A DNA stretch of 62,307 nucleotides from the NCBI RefSeq assembly GCF_001194135.2, contig NC_068989.1:87207082-87269388 (forward strand). The letters run 5' to 3'. Below the pieces are notes generated by a model. It saw nothing but the letters and a program-made list of their open reading frames with translations. It did not search any database and was not told where the DNA came from. Positions within the stretch are counted from its first letter, which is position 1; the number at the start of each line of letters is the position of its first letter. Source of the DNA: Octopus bimaculoides. Taxonomy: Eukaryota. Shown one piece after another: positions 38,228 to 50,774 of the stretch. The position numbers and the translations under genes were made by a program.

Positions 38228-39158
38228 NNNNNNNNNNNNNNNNNNNNNNNNNNNNNNNNNNNNNNNNNNNNNNNNNNNNNNNNNNNNNNNNNNNNNNNNN
38301 NNNNNNNNNNNNNNNNNNNNNNNNNNNNNNNNNNNNNNNNNNNNNNNNNNNNNNNNNNNNNNNNNNNNNNNNNNNNNNNNNNNNNNNNNNNNNNNNNNNN
38401 NNNNNNNNNNNNNNNNNNNNNNNNNNNNNNNNNNNNNNNNNNNNNNNNNNNNNNNNNNNNNNNNNNNNNNNNNNNNNNNNNNNNNNNNNNNNNNNNNNNN
38501 NNNNNNNNNNNNNNNNNNNNNNNNNNNNNNNNNNNNNNNNNNNNNNNNNNNNNNNNNNNNNNNNNNNNNNNNNNNNNNNNNNNNNNNNNNNNNNNNNNNN
38601 NNNNNNNNNNNNNNNNNNNNNNNNNNNNNNNNNNNNNNNNNNNNNNNNNNNNNNNNNNNNNNNNTATATATATATATATATATTTACACAGGCATACATA
38701 TATAAGGTATGTGCGTGCATCTGAACGTTTAGCTATGTGTATATGTAAATCTGTGCGTGTATACATATATGTATATGAGTGTGTTTGTGTATTTGTAATA
38801 TATATATACATACATATACACACACACATATATACACACATACGTACACATACATATATATACATACATACATACGTACACACACATGTACATACATACA
38901 TACACACACACATACATACATACATACATACATACGTACATACACACATACACACACATGTACATGCATACATACATATACACATGTAAAATATGAAATG
39001 ATTTTCCCAACAGTGTGGACAGAAACGAAAAGCTAAATAACATTGTGTACGCTAACTATTTGGGGTTAATTTGATTAACCGTTATTAACATTGAAAAAGT
39101 TACGGTTTCTCTTACTCACTTCCTGCATATGTGTGCATATATGCATGTACCTGTATCG

Positions 39159-39213
<55 letters not shown>

Positions 39214-39813
39214 ATGCATAAGNNNNNNNNNNNNNNNNNNNNNNNNNNNNNNNNNNNNNNNNNNNNNNNNNNNNNNNNNNNNNNNNNNNNNNNNNNNNNN
39301 NNNNNNNNNNNNNNNNNNNNNNNNNNNNNNNNNNNNNNNNNNNNNNNNNNNNNNNNNNNNNNNNNNNNNNNNNNNNNNNNNNNNNNNNNNNNNNNNNNNN
39401 NNNNNNNNNNNNNNNNNNNNNNNNNNNNNNNNNNNNNNNNNNNNNNNNNNNNNNNNNNNNNNNNNNNNNNNNNNNNNNNNNNNNNNNNNNNNNNNNNNNN
39501 NNNNNNNNNNNNNNNNNNNNNNNNNNNNNNNNNNNNNNNNNNNNNNNNNNNNNNNNNNNNNNNNNNNNNNNNNNNNNNNNNNNNNNNNNNNNNNNNNNNN
39601 NNNNNNNNNNNNNNNNNNNNNNNNNNNNNNNNNNNNNNNNNNNNNNNNNNNNNNNNNNNNNNNNNNNNNNNNNNNNNNNNNNNNNNNNNNNNNNNNNNNN
39701 NNNNNNNNNNNNNNNNNNNNNNNNNNNNNNNNNNNNNNNNNNNNNNNNNNNNNNNNNNNNNNNNNNNNNNNNNNNNNNNNNNNNNNNNNNNNNNNNNNNN
39801 NNNNNNNNNNNNN

Positions 39814-39875
<62 letters not shown>

Positions 39876-40166
39876 TTATTTTGAATATTTACGTAGAATA
39901 CTGTGCTTTTATGATTGAGTTCCTTTAAATTTTTAATACCCGCATCTACGATTATATCTACACACGCGCGCGCGCACACACACACATAGAAACACATATA
40001 CTTCGCACACACAAACATGCACACTCATACATACACACACACACATATATATATATAGATGCAGACATTGATGTACGTTATAGAAGTTTGCATTTCAACC
40101 CCGTGTCTTCAGGATCAATTCCACTGCACAGCACCTTGGACAAATGATATCTCATTCTATGACCTT

Positions 40167-40320
40167 ATACGCCCCACCCATATACGCCTCACCCATGTAC
40201 GCCTCACCTTTGTACTCCTCACCCTTCTACGCCTCACCCTTGTATGCTTCACCCTTGTACGCCTAACTCACGTGCGCCTCACCCTTGTACGCCTAACACA
40301 TGTACGCCTCTCCGTTGTAG
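40167..40320. repeat. 15-bp minisatellite, about 10 diverged copies
   Basis: Consensus gtacgcctcaccctt. Units start at 40167 with period 15. Confidence 0.95.
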
Positions 40321-40359
40321 GCCAATCCATCAGCTTGTGATTGATTGGCATGCAGTTGA

Positions 40360-40472
40360 ATGACCAAGAGCAAAGCGGAATGAAGTGTTTTTCTCAAGAG
40401 CACAAAGCACAACCTGTCTGGGAATCGAAACTACGATCTCGTGATCTTGAGTATAGCCACTAGGCAATGCGA
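40360..40472 (-). mobile_element. tRNA-derived SINE family C head (CORE-like)
   Basis: Reverse complement contains gcctagtggc...gtagtttcgattcccagac...gctcttgagaaaacacttcatt. Related to 41126-41425 and 52125-52290. Confidence 0.65.
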
Positions 40473-40576
40473 CTTCACTATTCCATAATACGCAGGGTTT
40501 ATATACGTAAAGAACATGATGCAATCCGCACGGCACCCATATGGCATATTACAGCACTTGAAAATCTATATATACA

Positions 40577-41118
40577 GGCACAGGCGTGGCTGTGTGCTAA
40601 GAAGGTTGCTTCTCCATCACACGTTTCGGGTTCGTTCCCACTGCGTGGCACCTTGGGCAAATGTCTTCTACTATGGCCTCGGGCCAACCAAAGCCTTGTA
40701 ACTGGATTTGGTAGGCGGAAACTGAAAGAAGTCTGTCGTANNNNNNNNNNNNNNNNNNNNNNNNNNNNNNNNNNNNNNNNNNNNNNNNNNNNNNNNNNNN
40801 NNNNNNNNNNNNNNNNNNNNNNNNNNNNNNNNNNNNNNNNNNNNNNNNNNNNNNNNNNNNNNNNNNNNNNNNNNNNNNNNNNNNNNNNNNNNNNNNNNNN
40901 NNNNNNNNNNNNNNNNNNNNNNNNNTATATATATATATATATATATATATGTTGGTGTGTTTACGTCCCCGTAACTTATCGGTTCGACAAAAGAGACCGA
41001 TAGCTTAAGTACTAGGCTTACAAAGAATAAGTCCAGGGGTCGATATCTTCGACTAAAAGACGGCGCTCCAGCATGGCCACAGTCAAAATGACTGAAACCA
41101 GTGATAGAATAAAGGAAT
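40577..41118 (+). mobile_element. Bipartite SINE family B, complete
   Basis: Head with B-box-like GGTTCGTTCCC and CORE-like gcaccttgggcaaatgtctt (40577-40740), then gap and (TA)n, then tail 40950-41118 ending cagtcaaaatgactg. Confidence 0.85.
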
Positions 41119-41125
41119 AATGTGT

Positions 41126-41425
41126 GAAGGCATGTGACTTACTGCTGAGGGTATTTAGCTTGTAATCGTAAGGTCGTGATTTCAATTCCCGGCGACGCGT
41201 TGTGACCTTCAGCAAGACATTTTAATTCACTTTGCTCCAGTTGACTCACCTGGCAAAAGTGAATTGTACCTGTATTTCAAGAGGGGACAGCTTTGACACA
41301 TTCTCTGCCCCGCTGAATATCCTTGACAACTATGTTTAAGAATACGCGTGTCTGTGGAGTACTCAGCCACTTTGCATGTTAATTTCACAAGCCGGTTGTT
41401 GATTGGGTTAACTGCGACACTTGGC
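41126..41425 (+). mobile_element. tRNA-derived SINE family C (CORE-like)
   Basis: B-box-like atttcaattccc and CORE-like ttgtgaccttcagcaagacattt. The tail tgtggagtactcagccac matches the reverse complement of 45462-45724. Confidence 0.75.
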
Positions 41426-41489
41426 GTAACCGAGTGAATGCTAGTATACATAATGTTCAGAACATGGAGATGCTTTCCTTCACTCGCTT

Positions 41490-41710
41490 TTAATATTTTC
41501 TTTTACTTGTTTCGGTCATAAGTACTGCGGCCATGCTTGGGCACATTCTTGAAGGGTTTAGTCCCACAAATCAACGCCGATATCTGCTTTTAAATCTGGC
41601 GCATATTATATCGCTTTCTTCTGCCGAACCGATAGGTTACGCGGACGCTAAAACACCCACTTGTCAAGTGATTCTAGGAGAAAACACAGCACTCGACGCA
41701 AAGACACACA
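41490..41710 (-). mobile_element. SINE family B tail, diverged
   Basis: tttacttgtttcggtc...tgcggccatgct...gccgaacc...ttgtcaag is the reverse complement of the family B tail. Confidence 0.65.
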
Positions 41711-41911
41711 TATATACATATATAACATATATATATTATAAACATACATGCATATTTATATATACACACACACATGCACACATTTGTATGTATGTATATA
41801 GACATTTATATATATAGATATGTGTGTGTATCTATAGACATGTATATGTGTGTGTATGTATGTATATATGCATGTATGTATGTATGTATGTATTTATGTA
41901 TGTATGTATGC

Positions 41912-41944
<33 letters not shown>

Positions 41945-42102
41945 TGAAGGGTAGAAAACTCAACGGAAAACCAGAAAACCAAACCACTCCTCGTGGTTGA
42001 GAAATAAAACGCGCCGAAGTTCTCGGTTAAGTAACGAAATCACGCAATAAATAAATACGAGAAGAGCGAATCTCTGATGATATCTTTACATTTTATTGTT
42101 GC

Positions 42103-42181
42103 TGTTCTTCTACTTCTTCCTTCTTCTCCTCTTCCTTCTTCTTCTTCTTCTTCTTCTTCTTCTTCTTCTTCTTCTTCTTTT

Positions 42182-42228
<47 letters not shown>

Positions 42229-42592
42229 TCCTTCTCCTCTTCTTCTTCTTCTTCTTCTACTTCCTCTTCCTCTTCTCCTTCTTCTCCTTCTCCTCTTCTT
42301 CTTCTTCTTCTTCTTCTTCTTCTTCTTTCTCCATCTCCTTCTTCTTCTTCTTATTATTATTATTTTTCTTCTTTCTCCATCTTCTTCTTCTTCTTCTTCT
42401 TCTTCTTCTTCTTCTTCTTCTCCTCCTCCTCCTCCTCCTCCTCCTCCTCCTTCTTCTTCTTCTTCTTCTTCTTCTTCTTCTTCTTCTTCTTCTTCTTCTT
42501 CTTCTTCTTCTTCTCCTTCCTCTTCAGCACCATCATCATCATTAGCATTATTATCGTTCCTGTTATTAATATTATTCTTATTTGCTGTGGTA

Positions 42593-42680
<88 letters not shown>

Positions 42681-42695
42681 ATTTATTATTATTAN
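42103..42695. repeat. Pyrimidine-rich (CTT)n/(CCT)n tract followed by (TTA)n
   Basis: Seen directly. Confidence 0.95.
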
Positions 42696-43060
42696 NNNNN
42701 NNNNNNNNNNNNNNNNNNNNNNNNNNNNNNNNNNNNNNNNNNNNNNNNNNNNNNNNNNNNNNNNNNNNNNNNNNNNNNNNNNNNNNNNNNNNNNNNNNNN
42801 NNNNNNNNNNNNNNNNNNNNNNNNNNNNNNNNNNNNNNNNNNNNNNNNNNNNNNNNNNNNNNNNNNNNNNNNNNNNNNNNNNNNNNNNNNNNNNNNNNNN
42901 NNNNNNNNNNNNNNNNNNNNNNNNNNNNNNNNNNNNNNNNNNNNNNNNNNNNNNNNNNNNNNNNNNNNNNNNNNNNNNNNNNNNNNNNNNNNNNNNNNNN
43001 NNNNNNNNNNNNNNNNNNNNNNNNNNNNNNNNNNNNNNNNNNNNNNNNNNNNNNNNNNNN

Positions 43061-43127
<67 letters not shown>

Positions 43128-44439
43128 AGAGTGAGAGAGAGGAAGAGAGATGAAATGAAGTTGCTGGATAAAGACAGAAATAAGCGATAGAAAAATATAT
43201 GACAAACGCAAAGAAAATACAAACTTTATAATATAAATAATTCTATGAGTGTAATGTAGAGTCGTAACTGATCGATAAATCATCGTTTTCATTCTAACGT
43301 CCATCATTATATTTCATTTTCTGCACTGGTTTTCATTTTATTTTTATTTTATTAGGATTTCTTTCTTAGCCTATACTATACCGCCATCTTTGAAACTCAG
43401 TCTTAACGTCTTATGGCTGCTTTGATTTCATTTTTATTTTATTCTATTTTATCTTATTTTATTTTATTTTATTTTATATATCTCGTTTAGTTTCTTCTTG
43501 TCTTTTTGTCTTTTGGCTTCTTTTCTCCTTCGTCGTCTTCAATTATTATTATTTTTTTAGTGAACTTAATCATTTTTTATGTACAATAGAATGAATGTAT
43601 ACGTGTATATATGTATTTGCATCTATGTGTACATTTACATACACACACAGATATATGTAATCTGAATATATGTATTTATGCATATATATATATATATANN
43701 NNNNNNNNNNNNNNNNNNNNNNNNNNNNNNNNNNNNNNNNNNNNNNNNNNNNNNNNNNNNNNNNNNNNNNNNNNNNNNNNNNNNNNNNNNNNNNNNNNNN
43801 NNNNNNNNNNNNNNNNNNNNNNNNNNNNNNNNNNNNNNNNNNNNNNNNNNNNNNNNNNNNNNNNNNNNNNNNNNNNNNNNNNNNNNNNNNNNNNNNNNNN
43901 NNNNNNNNNNNNNNNNNNNNNNNNNNNNNNNNNNNNNNNNNNNNNNNNNNNNNNNNNNNNNNNNNNNNNNNNNNNNNNNNNNNNNNNNNNNNNNNNNNNN
44001 NNNNNNNNNNNNNNNNNNNNNNNNNNNNNNNNNNNNNNNNNNNNNNNNNNNNNNNNNNNNNNNNNNNNNNNNNNNNNNNNNNNNNNNNNNNNNNNNNNNN
44101 NNNNNNNNNNNNNNNNNNNNNNNNNNNNNNNNNNNNNNNNNNNNNNNNNNNNNNNNNNNNNNNNNNNNNNNNNNNNNNNNNNNNNNNNNNNNNNNNNNNN
44201 NNNNNNNNNNNNNNNTATATATATATATATGCACATATACATATATACACATATGCATATACATCTTTTTCTATGTTGGTATATAAATAGCTAGATGGAG
44301 AAGTCAAAGATTAAGGGTTTGACAGGTTGTAGGGATAGTATATGTTGAATATGGATCGATAAATCGATAAATAACTGTTAAATGTTATTGCACTTTGAAG
44401 CTGTCGTTTCTTTGCAAAAATTTCGATATTCAACCCGGC

Positions 44440-45195
44440 GATCCACAATACCCTCACCATCACAACCGCCATGCAAACCTTATACAATACCAACAAGTGT
44501 AACAGCAACAATATTAGAAACGGATAGTGACTAAATTGCAACAGTAACAGAAATGTTAGTGACAACAAAAACTGCAATTGAAAACAACGTTCATAGCAAC
44601 AACAACACAACGTCATTAGCAACATGAAAAACATTGGCAACAAAATCGTCGGCAACGAGACAACACCATTTGCTACAACAGTAGCAGCGAAGACCACAAC
44701 GGTAATGGCGATAAAATTAGCAACGCCGACAGTGATGGTAACGAAAAACGATAGCAATAACAAAGAAGGTGATGACGGTAGTATGAACAGCAGCTGCAAC
44801 AAAACGTTAGCAACAGTAGGATCGTTATCATCGTCAACAACAAAAATAGCAAAGTATAAGCTGGTAGTGATAGTCGCATTAGTAGCAACAACAGCGACGA
44901 TAGCAACAACGATTGCAGCAGCAAGAAAGAAAAGTATGACTTTGGCGATGACGATAGCAATATCAAATGCATTAGCAACGAAAACATCATCATCATCAAA
45001 AGCAACAACGAAGACAGCTGCAACATCGGCAATGACAACATTAGCAACAAAGAGGACAACTGTATTTTGCAGCATCATTAGCAACAGAAACATCGATAGC
45101 AACAAAGAGGACAACTGTATTTTGCAGCATCATTAGCAACAGAAACATCGATAGCAACAAAGAAAACAACGACGTAGCGTCAACAACACAACAAT
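44440..45195. repeat. Degenerate CAA/GCA/ACA-rich low-complexity region containing a 55-bp tandem duplication (45042-45163)
   Basis: Cryptic trinucleotide periodicity. A perfect 55-bp unit starts at 45042 and 45097, with a partial unit at 45152. Confidence 0.85.
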
Positions 45196-45208
45196 ATTCT
45201 CTTCCCCT

Positions 45209-45408
45209 CTTGGCACAAGGCCTGAAACTTTTGGGGGCAGGAGCAGCTCGATTAGATCGACTCCAATGTGTAACTGGTTCTTAATTTATCGACCCCGAAA
45301 GGATGAAAGGCAAAGTCGACCACAGCGGAATTTGAACTAAGAACATAAAGACAGATGAAATACCGCCAAGCATAACGGCGTGCTAACGTTTCTGCCAGCT
45401 CACCACCT
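45209..45408 (-). mobile_element. tRNA-derived SINE family A, near full length
   Basis: Reverse complement of ggtgagctggcagaaacgttagcacgccg...gttcaaattccgc...cctttcggggtcgataaattaag. Confidence 0.88.
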
Positions 45409-45461
45409 TCAACGCCAAGAATATTAGTAACAATACGAAGACGTTGGTTACGGAGCAGCAC

Positions 45462-45724
45462 TTCCCAATCAACAGAACAGCCTGCTCGTGAAATTAATGT
45501 GCACATGGCTGAGTACTCCAGAGACATGCATATCATATCCTTAACATACTTCTCAGAGAGATACAGCGTGACACAGAATGTAACAAGGTTGCCCCCCCCC
45601 CCCTTGAATTACAGGTACAACTCATTTTTTTGCCAGTTGAGTGCCTTGCTCAAGAACAGAACGCGCCGCAAGGAATGGAACTCATAACCTGACGATCGTG
45701 GGCCGAATATCCTAACCACTAAGT
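45462..45724 (-). mobile_element. tRNA-derived SINE family C
   Basis: Reverse complement of the 41126-41425 type, with an internal deletion in the CORE-like region. Confidence 0.7.
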
Positions 45725-46117
45725 TTTAAACACCTTCGCAACAATAATAGTAATAGTAGTAGCAACAACGCCGACGACAAAATCGAAGACAAAAAATTGC
45801 AACAACAACAACATCAACATCAGCAACAAAAACAATGACTTTAAAAAAAGCAAGAGCACCAACAAGAACGGTGATAATCAGTCAAAATCACAATAATGGC
45901 GTCGATGACAATAGCGACAGAAATAGCAACGAAGTCGGTGGCAACGATGAAATTAACAACGAAAAGACAAAGACAGCACTGAGAACAACAACAACAACAA
46001 TATCGATGATAACGGTAACCGATCAATAGCAACGACAAACACAACAATGGCGACGACGATAAAGAAAACAATGGTGACTAACAGACATTATTTAGTATCG
46101 GGTTTATATGTGCTCCC

Positions 46118-46123
46118 TCCTCT

Positions 46124-46155
<32 letters not shown>

Positions 46156-46832
46156 CCTCTCTCTCTCTCNNNNNNNNNNNNNNNNNNNNNNNNNNNNNNN
46201 NNNNNNNNNNNNNNNNNNNNNNNNNNNNNNNNNNNNNNNNNNNNNNNNNNNNNNNNNNNNNNNNNNNNNNNNNNNNNNNNNNNNNNNNNNNNNNNNNNNN
46301 NNNNNNNNNNNNNNNNNNNNNNNNNNNNNNNNNNNNNNNNNNNNNNNNNNNNNNNNNNNNNNNNNNNNNNNNNNNNNNNNNNNNNNNNNNNNNNNNNNNN
46401 NNNNNNNNNNNNNNNNNNNNNNNNNNNNNNNNNNNNNNNNNNNNNNNNNNNNNNNNNNNNNNNNNNNNNNNNNNNNNNNNNNNNNNNNNNNNNNNNNNNN
46501 NNNNNNNNNNNNNNNNNNNNNNNNNNNNNNNNNNNNNNNNNNNNNNNNNNNNNNNNNNNNNNNNNNNNNNNNNNNNNNNNNNNNNNNNNNNNNNNNNNNN
46601 NNNNNNNNNNNNNNNNNNNNTCCTCTCTCTCTCCTCTCTCTCTCTCTCCCTCTCTCTCTCCCCCTCTCTCTCTCTCTCTTTCTCTATCTGTATCTCTTTG
46701 CCTCGCTCTCTTTCTCTGTCTGTATCTCTTTCTCTCTCTCTCTGTCTCTATCTATCTATCTATCGATCTATCTACCTTTCTCTGTCACTGTATCTTTCTC
46801 TTTTTGTCTCTCGCTTTCTCTGTCTATCTCTT

Positions 46833-46886
<54 letters not shown>

Positions 46887-47054
46887 ACTTTGTCTGTCTG
46901 TCTGTAATTCTCTTTCTCTTTTCTCTCTTTTTTGTTTATATATCTTTATGTTTTTGTTTCTCTCTATTCCTATATCTCTGTCTGTCTCACTTTGTCTCTG
47001 TCTCTCTGTCTCTGTCTCTCTGTCTCTGTCTCTCTGTCTCTGTCTCTCTGTCTC

Positions 47055-47099
<45 letters not shown>

Positions 47100-47100
47100 C
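46118..47100. repeat. (CT)n/(CTGT)n polypyrimidine tract with gap
   Basis: Seen directly. Confidence 0.9.
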
Positions 47101-47515
47101 TCTCCCTCTCACCCTGCTTTTCTATCGCTATTACAATTTCCATTCTTACTCGGAGAATAAGAGAGAGCATCTCCTACCTCCACTATTTCCAGTCCCATCG
47201 GTTCTCCATCCTTCTTAGTTTCACCTCGCCGCCCGACACTAACCACTACGAGCAGGCCTTCCGCAGCAGATCACTGTCCCGTTTATCTGTGACAGTTTAA
47301 ACGGAGCATTCATAGAAACAATCTCATTGGCCACTCCCTTCCACCTGTGATACTCTGAGATACAGTTCAGGTTTTATAAATAGGGAGCTATACCGCTTAC
47401 CAGACATTGTTAACAGCGTATGACAGCACAGTTCTATATTTACCAGATGAGGAATTATGTACATTATTTAATCATTTACATTTGACGGATATTTGTCCTC
47501 ATCTTGTTTCTTGTT

Positions 47516-47561
47516 AACACAACGTTTTGGCTGATATACCTTCCAGCCATCATCAGGTGTC
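47516..47561 (-). ncRNA. Minimal hammerhead ribozyme motif (left arm; GAAAC mutated to AAAAC)
   Basis: GACAC-CUGAUGA-U-GGCUGG...UCAGCC-AAAAC-GUU-GUGUU. Confidence 0.7.
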
Positions 47562-47616
47562 TTGGAAAAATTTCGAACCTGGGTTCTCATTCCTAAGGTT
47601 ATTTTTCGATGTTATT

Positions 47617-47684
<68 letters not shown>

Positions 47685-47737
47685 CAACATCGAAAAATAC
47701 CTTAGGAATGAGAACCCAAGTTTGAAATTTCCCCCAA

Positions 47738-47783
47738 GACACTTGATGAAGGCTGGAGGGTAAATCAGCCGAAACGTTGTGTT
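47738..47783 (+). ncRNA. Minimal hammerhead ribozyme motif (right arm; C3U)
   Basis: GACAC-UUGAUGA-A-GGCUGG-AGGGUAAA-UCAGCC-GAAAC-GUU-GUGUU, with palindromic ACGU stem III and GUU cleavage triplet. Confidence 0.75.
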
Positions 47784-48224
47784 AACAAAAAACAAGATCA
47801 GGACAAATATCTGTCAAATGTAAATAATGTAAATAATGTAACGTGTCACAAGAACTGTAGGAAGTTATAAATAGTGATCTCCAGGAATGAGTGGTGGGGG
47901 GTGGAATCTCTCCCGTCGAGGTTCCCTATGGTACAACAGAACTCAGACATTTATAAGAAACGATCATTGTAGGATCCATTCTTCTGCGGAATATAGTATC
48001 TGGATAGTTCTAGTGGGTCATTTCTCGTTGACGAAAATCCGCTCCTACCAACTAAGAACAAATTCCATCTCCAAACTCAGTATATTGAAATAGTGACAAG
48101 AGAAGAACCAAAAACAGGCAGCAGCGGCGACAACTACAACAACAGTTACTACCATAACGGCAATTTCAGCATCAAAAGAAAAATTCAGTAGCGACAATAA
48201 CTCAAGCGAATAAATAAATATACT

Positions 48225-48255
<31 letters not shown>

Positions 48256-49566
48256 ATGTATGTAGGTGTGTATATACATATATACATATACATAAATGTG
48301 TACGTGCGTGCGTGTGTGTGTGTAATTACATGTTCACACAGACACACATGCAGAGGAGTGCGTGACAGTTTGATATATAGGTAGGAGATATATGAATACA
48401 TCATTTAAGTCTATGTAATTACGACAACTACGTAATCTTTCTCGTACCACTGGTTTCATAGAATTGACCTGTTGCTTTATCTCGATTCTCTGTAATCTTT
48501 TTATGTCTGTGTTGTAAATACAGACGTGTGAATGAATAGTATGATTGCACATGGCTGAGTTGTTTGTTCCATGAAGATAAATATTTTGACATTTTCTATA
48601 AACCAGCACTATAGCTTATGTCCAATAATACTAAAGCAATGAAGGTAGATTTCGATAATGCTTATTTAAAAAAAAAATGAGCTTCCATTTTTTTTTCCTT
48701 TTTACACTTTTCTACTATGCTGTAAACATTCAGTGTCAAATATATTCGTCTATGATTTATAATACGAGATTACATTATATCGGTGTTACTTTGCACAATG
48801 GAATTTTTAACCATAACCGTCATTAATGCACAAGTTTTCGCATCCATTTCAGAATTAAAAATTACATAAATATTCCGGGGTTTCTATGATATATATGTAT
48901 GTATATATATGCATATGCATATATATATATATATATATATATANNNNNNNNNNNNNNNNNNNNNNNNNNNNNNNNNNNNNNNNNNNNNNNNNNNNNNNNN
49001 NNNNNNNNNNNNNNNNNNNNNNNNNNNNNNNNNNNNNNNNNNNNNNNNNNNNNNNNNNNNNNNNNNNNNNNNNNNNNNNNNNNNNNNNNNNNNNNNNNNN
49101 NNNNNNNNNNNNNNNNNNNNNNNNNNNNNNNNNNNNNNNNNNNNNNNNNNNNNNNNNNNNNNNNNNNNNNNNNNNNNNNNNNNNNNNNNNNNNNNNNNNN
49201 NNNNNNNNNNNNNNNNNNNNNNNNNNNNNNNNNNNNNNNNNNNNNNNNNNNNNNNNNNNNNNNNNNNNNNNNNNNNNNNNNNNNNNNNNNNNNNNNNNNN
49301 NNNNNNNNNNNNNNNNNNNNNNNNNNNNNNNNNNNNNNNNNNNNNNNNNNNNNNNNNNNNNNNNNNNNNNNNNNNNNNNNNNNNNNNNNNNNNNNNNNNN
49401 NNNNNNNNNNNNNNNNNNNNNNNNNNNNNNNNNNNNNNNNNNNNNNNNNNNNNNNNNNNNNNNNNNNNNNNNNNNNNNNNNNNNNNNNNNNNNNNNNNNN
49501 NNNNNNNNNNNNNNNNNNNNNNNNNNNNNNNNNNNNNNNNNNNNNNNTATATATATATATATATGA

Positions 49567-50145
49567 TTTGTGAAGATATATTATGTTGTTTCCGCAGACG
49601 CTTATCAAACCTTCCAAGAGCACTACTAGCCCTGCTGATACTGTATGAAATTTCATCATCAAAACCAGCAGCGCTCAAGGTACTTCCTAAATAAATAAAT
49701 CTAGGTACAATCTCCAACCTTTGACCATTCACAGTTATAAAAGCTTCCACATACATCTTGGAGGGAGCGGGCTGGTACCTTATAACAGTTTGTTCTAGAT
49801 TGATTGTTAGACCCAATGCTGTACATGCTGCAGAAATCCCATTCGCCATGTGCTGCATATCTTTCTAAGAATGTGCCAACAGGTCACAATCATCTGCATA
49901 CAGAAACTCAGCAAGGTGACAATGCAGAACTTTCGGTTTGGCATAGAGTCTTTTGAGAGTGAACTGTTTCCTCTTGTCTTATATCTTATATAGACCCCTT
50001 CAGGGCAATCTTTAAAAGCTATCTGAAAGACTATTGCGGAATATATAGCAAACAGTGTAGAAGCAGGAATATCACCTTGCTTTACACCATTTTCTACAGA
50101 AATTGGATCTAATAAGGTACCTCCAACATTAACTCTCACTTCCAT
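49567..50145 (-). mobile_element. RTE-clade LINE reverse-transcriptase fragment
   Basis: VENGVKQGDIPASTLF (GVKQG at 50074-50088), LYADD (YADD at 49889-49900), GLTINLEQT, FIYLGSTLS...DDEISYSISRASSALGR. One frameshift and one stop. (TA)n at both ends. Confidence 0.92.
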
Positions 50146-50265
50146 ATATATATATGTATATATATATGGCTTCAGTTATATGCAAATGTAAGATAGATAT
50201 TGGTATACAGACCGATAAGTAAATAGATAAATGGATACATAGATAAACAGACAGACAGACAAATT

Positions 50266-50304
<39 letters not shown>

Positions 50305-50739
50305 GGATAGATAGATAGATAGACAGATAGATAGATAGATAGATAGATATGGGATTTTTCAGAAGGCAGCAGTATCGTTACATCAAAGAGACGTGTTTCG
50401 GAGTGAATAAGTAAAAATACAAACTGATAAACATAGGTCTACGCATGCGTTAACATGGTATGTTCTCGCGGACTTCCGAACCTACAACTATTCATGCATT
50501 CGTTAAAAGTGAACCGGTGTAAATTGGTTTATTTTATTGCAAATAGGAACAACAGCGCTTTAAAGTGATTGCGTCCAAACAAAGCAGATATTTAGCATTG
50601 TTTATAGTTTATATCTCCGAATTTTATGAGTTCGATGTTTGTAAATAGAGCTTTCTCCATATAACAGCGGTATTGTCATAGATCCGCGTACAAATTCATC
50701 TCTAATCTCCGTTGTCACTCTTTCTTTCTTCCGTTCATA

Positions 50740-50774
<35 letters not shown>

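Larger units (their letters stand above)
47427..47830. mobile_element. Inverted pair of Penelope-like terminal-repeat fragments around (AAT)n
   Basis: About 47477-47615 is the reverse complement of about 47684-47825. The spacer is (AAT)n. The left arm extends to 47427 in register with 22001. Confidence 0.85.

Noticed and set aside
47990-48190. Open frame YLDSSSGSFLVDENPLLPTK after an AG
   Set aside because: Poor pyrimidine tract, runs into low-complexity CAA sequence, no recognisable homology.
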